Assembly (NCBI GenBank): GCA_965240325.2
Contig: OZ251224.1
Span: 1,116,001-1,180,000 of the forward strand
From: Rebecca billardiae RCC1528
Taxonomy: Eukaryota; Protista; Haptophyta
Direction of reading: 5' to 3'
Length of the DNA: 64,000 bases
Position numbers and translations under genes: made by a program. This document shows positions 59,673-64,000 of this stretch, in pieces (position 1 is the first letter of the stretch; the number at the start of each line of letters is the position of its first letter). A model generated the notes under the pieces. That model searched no databases. It saw only the letters and a program-made list of their open reading frames with translations, and had not been told where the DNA came from.

Positions 59673-60647
59673 TCAGCCGTGCGTTGCCAAGCCGTCAGCG
59701 CGCGCAGCGCCTGCCCCGACCGCGGGGTGGACGCGATGGCTGAAGGCAGGCGGCTCGCATTGCGGCCTCTCGTCTCGCTGCAGCAGCTGCAAGTAGTGCT
59801 TGAGCGTGTGCGCCTCCAGGATGCACTCGCTGCAGGCCGGGGTGCGCGAGTGACGGACGTAGTCGCATTTCTCGCACGCTGGTGGCAGCGGCTGCGCAGC
59901 GCCCCACACGCACGGCTCGCCGACAAAGCCCTCGGCCACGGCGGCGCGGTGCACGGGGTCGGCCGAATATGCTAGAATAAAGGCCGTGTCTGGCGGCATG
60001 CTCTCGATGTGCACGCGCGAGCGCAGCGCAGCAGAGGTGGGCGGCTCAGCGATGGCGACAACTGGCACGGGCTTGTGTTGCGCCTTACCGACGGCAGCCG
60101 CCACCAGCACCGCCAGTCCGGCACCGAGAGAATGCCCCGTGCAGAGCAGATCGGCGTCAGGATACTCCCTCATCACGGTCAGCGTGAATTCCAGCGCCCT
60201 CGCGTAGTAGTCGAGCACGTGCGCCGAGAACTCGTCGCAGAATGGCGGGAGCTCGTGCGCTGCGCGGCCTCGGAAGAGCAAGGCGCCCGCGCACTCATCC
60301 GCCTGGCCCCCCACCGTGGAGTTATCCAAGTCGGTGCCGCGGAAAGCGACGAGTACGCGCTGGGTACGCTCGTCGACGAACACGAGCGCTCTCATCCCTC
60401 CCGTCCGTGGATCGTGCTTCAGAGCCGAGCGCGTGAAGCCCTCCACTGTCGCATTGAGATCCTCAGGCTTGTAGTAGGAGGAGCCCTCCGTGCTGGTGTA
60501 AGTCAGCCGCGCGGCGGTGGCCATCGGCGCGGCGAGCTTGCGGAACTCGCCTGCGTCGCACGACCGGATGCGCGCGATCGACTCCCACCCACTTCCTGCC
60601 ACACTCAGCAACGTGAGCACAGCTGGCGCGAACGATGAGGCCGCCAT
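59673..60647 (-). CDS. Class 3 lipase (Atg15-like motif spacing)
   Basis: VLVAFRGT and nucleophile elbow TGHSLG. Hydrophobic N-terminus. Confidence 0.87.
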   Translation of the reverse strand: MAASSFAPAVLTLLSVAGSGWESIARIRSCDAGEFRKLAAPMATAARLTYTSTEGSSYYKPEDLNATVEGFTRSALKHDPRTGGMRALVFVDERTQRVLVAFRGTDLDNSTVGGQADECAGALLFRGRAAHELPPFCDEFSAHVLDYYARALEFTLTVMREYPDADLLCTGHSLGAGLAVLVAAAVGKAQHKPVPVVAIAEPPTSAALRSRVHIESMPPDTAFILAYSADPVHRAAVAEGFVGEPCVWGAAQPLPPACEKCDYVRHSRTPACSECILEAHTLKHYLQLLQRDERPQCEPPAFSHRVHPAVGAGAARADGLATHG

Positions 60648-60739
60648 CGTAGCTCGGGCCCGCACGCGCCGGACCGCGCGGCTTGGCGGGGGCGCGCGGA
60701 GCAACCGGGGTGTCCAGTGACTTCGTTCGAGACCGCGCG

Positions 60740-61642
60740 ATGCGCGCGGTCCTTCCCTTCGTGCTGGCGTTCGCGCGGGGCGCAGGGCGCTACCCAGCGG
60801 CTTATTCGGCCCACGTCTGCCCTTCGGCATTGCCTGCACGCGTACCTGCACGGGGCCGCGCCGTGTGCTCGGCCGTGGCCGTGCCCACGAACGCCACCGC
60901 GCCCGAGCCCCTGGAGGAGACGGCCTTTATGCTCCTTATGACTGCCGCCTTCCGCGTGGCCATGGGCTCGATGGCAGGGTGGCAATCCCCGCGCCCATTC
61001 TTCGGCGCTGAGTCGGGGGAGTCGTACCGCGGACTGGTCGACGTCAGCAAGCGCCTCTTCTCCGAGACCACCGAGGAGACATCGGAGCTCGTGATGGGCG
61101 TGCTGCGCCAGTTCCCAGTGCAGCCGCAGCTGCTGCAAAACAATCGCGTGAGCTGCGAGCTGCTCGGGGCACTGACGCCCGTTCTCTTCCCATTCCTCGT
61201 CGGCAGGTGCACGACCGAGGCGTGGGAGCACTCGTCGGGGCGAATGTGGAAGTCACGCGTGGTGATTGAGAAGTGCAGGTTCCTCGAGACTGCTGAGTGC
61301 AAGGGCATGTGCGTTGGGCTGTGCAAGCATCCCACAGAGCGCTTTTTCACGGAGGAGCTCGGGCTCCCGCTGAGTATGGTGCCAAACTTCGAGAATGGCT
61401 CGTGCGTGATGACCTGGGGCGAGTCCCCGCGCGCCGACGACATGGACGAACAGGACATGTCTTGCCTCGATGAGTGCAGCATGCCCCGCGCGGTGCGTGG
61501 GAGGGGCGGCAGGGGAGGCGCGTGCGGGATCGCGGAGCGGGCGAACGTCGCTGCGTACGCCGTGGACACTGCTACTCAGCCAGGGGACCCCCCACTGGTC
61601 GGCCCCGTCTCGTCGAACCCTGCTCCGGGCGGCATTCTGTGA
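60740..61642 (+). CDS. Beta-carotene isomerase D27-like protein (DUF4033)
   Basis: FPFLVGRC, IEKCRFLE..CKGMCVGLCKHPTERFF..LGLPLSMVPNFE..SC. Signal-like leader. Confidence 0.92.
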   Translation: MRAVLPFVLAFARGAGRYPAAYSAHVCPSALPARVPARGRAVCSAVAVPTNATAPEPLEETAFMLLMTAAFRVAMGSMAGWQSPRPFFGAESGESYRGLVDVSKRLFSETTEETSELVMGVLRQFPVQPQLLQNNRVSCELLGALTPVLFPFLVGRCTTEAWEHSSGRMWKSRVVIEKCRFLETAECKGMCVGLCKHPTERFFTEELGLPLSMVPNFENGSCVMTWGESPRADDMDEQDMSCLDECSMPRAVRGRGGRGGACGIAERANVAAYAVDTATQPGDPPLVGPVSSNPAPGGIL

Positions 61643-62263
61643 GCAGGGACTCCGAAGGATGGCTCATCATGCTTCCGTGGCAACCTGCGCTCCGTGACCG
61701 TAAGTCACAGAGTCAGACGAGACTCATCATGACGATGAATGCTGACTCTGACATCCGCGAAGACATAACCATACATAACGTCGCGCAGCTTGACACAGCC
61801 AGCAGGCGGTAGACGGGTAGTAGCAGGCGCATATATATATATATAGCCGCCGTATATTGCACTGAGACTACTTGCAGCTCGGCCTCGTCGCGGATCGTCC
61901 CGGATCTAAAATGCCTCCGCCTCAGGACTGGTATAAGTAATCGAGTCACCGCGGCGCAGCATAGATTACAGACAAACGACAGCAGATCCGGCGAGTACGT
62001 CACCGTAGTACCGGAATTCCGACACGATGTCATCGCTTCACGTCATCGACGACTCAACGATACTGTATGAATGGTGCGCTGCTTGCCTCCGCAGGCGAGC
62101 AGCGCGCAGTTTACGCCGGGCATGTGGACCTGCTGCCCACCCTTTGACATCAGATTCCAGTTCTTCCCTTCGGCTGGGGCTCGATCAGTCGACGCGGCGT
62201 CGCTCACAGCGCAGGCAGGTGTTTGGCGCGGCTGCACTCTCTAGGTGGCTGGGATACAACATC

Positions 62264-62488
62264 CAGGTGCAGCACCCTCCCCGTGTGGTGTCAGAGCGCG
62301 CGCTCGAGCGCGTGCCTCCGAGCGCGGGGCGGCCGCTTGCTGCAATGGCCGCCTCGACGAGATGCGGCAACGCGCCCCTCACCTGCCTGCGCCGGTCTGT
62401 TTTGTGGCGGTGTCTTTGTGCAGCACTTGTTGGATGTCATCAACCACGCCTCGCGTCATCCAAGTCTGCATCACGTTTTTTCGTTGTA
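62264..62488 (+). repeat. Diverged copy of the CAGTTTACTA-family right end
   Basis: High similarity to 8771-8990 with a decayed terminus. Confidence 0.8.
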
Positions 62489-62638
62489 GGACTACTATAG
62501 CTACTATAACTAGCAGGACTTCTGACGACATATATTGTCATCATCAGCATCAGACTCAGCTAGGGGACCGTGTCAGGAGCGATCTTCGCGCGTGATCGTG
62601 GCTGATGATGAGCTCAGAATGCGTTCATCATCAATTCA

Positions 62639-64000
62639 TCACCCCTGCGGCGGCGAGCAAACGAGACGGCGACTCGGGTGCAATGGCGCGCCCGGTGCAT
62701 CACGCGATGCCGCGGTAGTGCGAGCCACCGAGGCCGATGCACTCGAGCTGAGATCGGCCACGGGCACAATCGTCGGCCGCCCATGCGCACACTGGAATGG
62801 AAACTTGGTCGCACCGAGCGCGGTAAGCAAGTCCAAGCACTGCTGCCGAGTGAGTGCGGTGCCGAACATGATGGCGCTGCGGCACGCCTTGGAGATGACC
62901 GCGCGCAGCACTGCTCGTGGCGGTGCCTGCGCGCCGCCTCCCATCTCATCGAGCAGCGTCACGTACTCGAGCAGTGCGCGCGATCGCAGCGTGTGAGAGC
63001 ACACGACGGGAGCCTGGACCATCCACACCTCTGGCGCGGCCGCTCCACTCATGCGCACCTGCCAGCCCCAGCTGTGCACTTCGCGCGTGTGGTGCCGCAG
63101 GAGCGCCACCTCGTGCGCCGACGGCCGCATGCGCTCGGGCGGATCGAGGCGCACCGTCTCGATGTGCGCGGGCGCGCCGTCCGGCTGCACGTGCAGCTCG
63201 AGCAGCGCCTCGAGCTGCACGCGCTCGTCGGCGGCATGCTGGTCGATCAAGGCGAGCGTCGGGCCGATCCGGACGGCGAGCCACTTGCGATCGACCTGCC
63301 CCACCAGCCGCGCCTCGTACAGCATGCGCTTTGTGATGGTCATCGTGCCGTCCGAAGGGTCGGACGTCCCGGCGTGCAGAGGCTGCGCGGGCGTGGGCGG
63401 CTCGGGCGCGCGCGCACGGCTGCGGTCTGCTTCGGCCATGCCGACCGGCAGGCTGTCAAACATGCTGTTCTGCTCTCCCCCTCGGAGAGCCGAAGCGTCG
63501 GCGAGCACGGCCTTGAGCTCTGGCGCCGAGTCCAGAGTGCGACGCTTCCGCCGATCTGGCTGCGCCGTCGGCTCTGCGGCGAGGGCGACGACGGATTCGA
63601 GAGCAGGCCGCAGCGTCCACTCTGGCGCATGCGCGCGCGCCACATCGCTCGCCGCGTCGTCACCCGGGCGCTCGCGGTGTGCCTCGAACGACGGGTTGGC
63701 CGAGGCGCGGTCGCGCTGCTCATCGAGCCAGCTCCGAGCGCGCTTCGCGCCCGTGAGCCCTGGCGAAGGACGAGCCGCGACCCGCGGCCTCTCGACGAGT
63801 GGCGCCCTGGGAGGCGCCGCGGGCGAGTGCGGCACACCGGCGGGCGACTGCGTCAAGTCGCGTCCCGGCGTGCGTGCGAGCTCGCCGCGCGCGAGCTCGT
63901 CATCCACCGAGTACCCACGGATGTTCAGCTCCTGCGCGCCACGCGGGGGCGCGCCGCGCCATTCCGACCACGTGGGCTCGGGCGTGATCGGCGCATCCGC
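62639..64000 (-). CDS. MLH3: MutL homolog MLH3, C-terminal part (5' end outside the window)
   Basis: GQVDRK, endonuclease motif DQHAADERVQLE, SKACRSAIMFG, FPFQCAHGRPT. Confidence 0.93.
   Translation of the reverse strand, partial: ADAPITPEPTWSEWRGAPPRGAQELNIRGYSVDDELARGELARTPGRDLTQSPAGVPHSPAAPPRAPLVERPRVAARPSPGLTGAKRARSWLDEQRDRASANPSFEAHRERPGDDAASDVARAHAPEWTLRPALESVVALAAEPTAQPDRRKRRTLDSAPELKAVLADASALRGGEQNSMFDSLPVGMAEADRSRARAPEPPTPAQPLHAGTSDPSDGTMTITKRMLYEARLVGQVDRKWLAVRIGPTLALIDQHAADERVQLEALLELHVQPDGAPAHIETVRLDPPERMRPSAHEVALLRHHTREVHSWGWQVRMSGAAAPEVWMVQAPVVCSHTLRSRALLEYVTLLDEMGGGAQAPPRAVLRAVISKACRSAIMFGTALTRQQCLDLLTALGATKFPFQCAHGRPTIVPVADLSSSASASVARTTAASRDAPGAPLHPSRRLVCSPPQG

Overview
GC-rich eukaryotic nuclear DNA with short GC-rich GT-AG introns, signal-plus-transit-like leaders and flagellar genes. 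This fits a flagellated alga with a secondary plastid; a haptophyte is my guess and is unverified. About 1-20.5 kb is a nest of non-autonomous DNA transposons: P-like elements with 7-bp TSDs, TA-flanked TIR and foldback elements, and a Helentron-like family. Embedded in it are dapA, a coiled-coil gene, a GARP Myb gene, a truncated uS2 and an intronless NCLDV/herpes-type AEP primase-polymerase (PrimPol) with a UL52-type Zn finger, bracketed by inverted G-quadruplex-type repeat arrays. The PrimPol block is the strongest novelty candidate. About 20.5-64 kb is mostly compact housekeeping and ciliary genes (Gfo/Idh/MocA, CRAL-TRIO, apyrase, DUF3727, CSN4, ANTH, ODA docking complex, dynein-2 heavy chain, cNMP protein, PH protein, golgin-84, lipase, D27-like, MLH3). 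A second Helentron-like element there carries a USP fragment and a duplicated structured unit. I recognised no transposase, Rep/helicase, tRNA, rRNA or CRISPR array. All protein calls are from motif recognition by eye; no searches were run.
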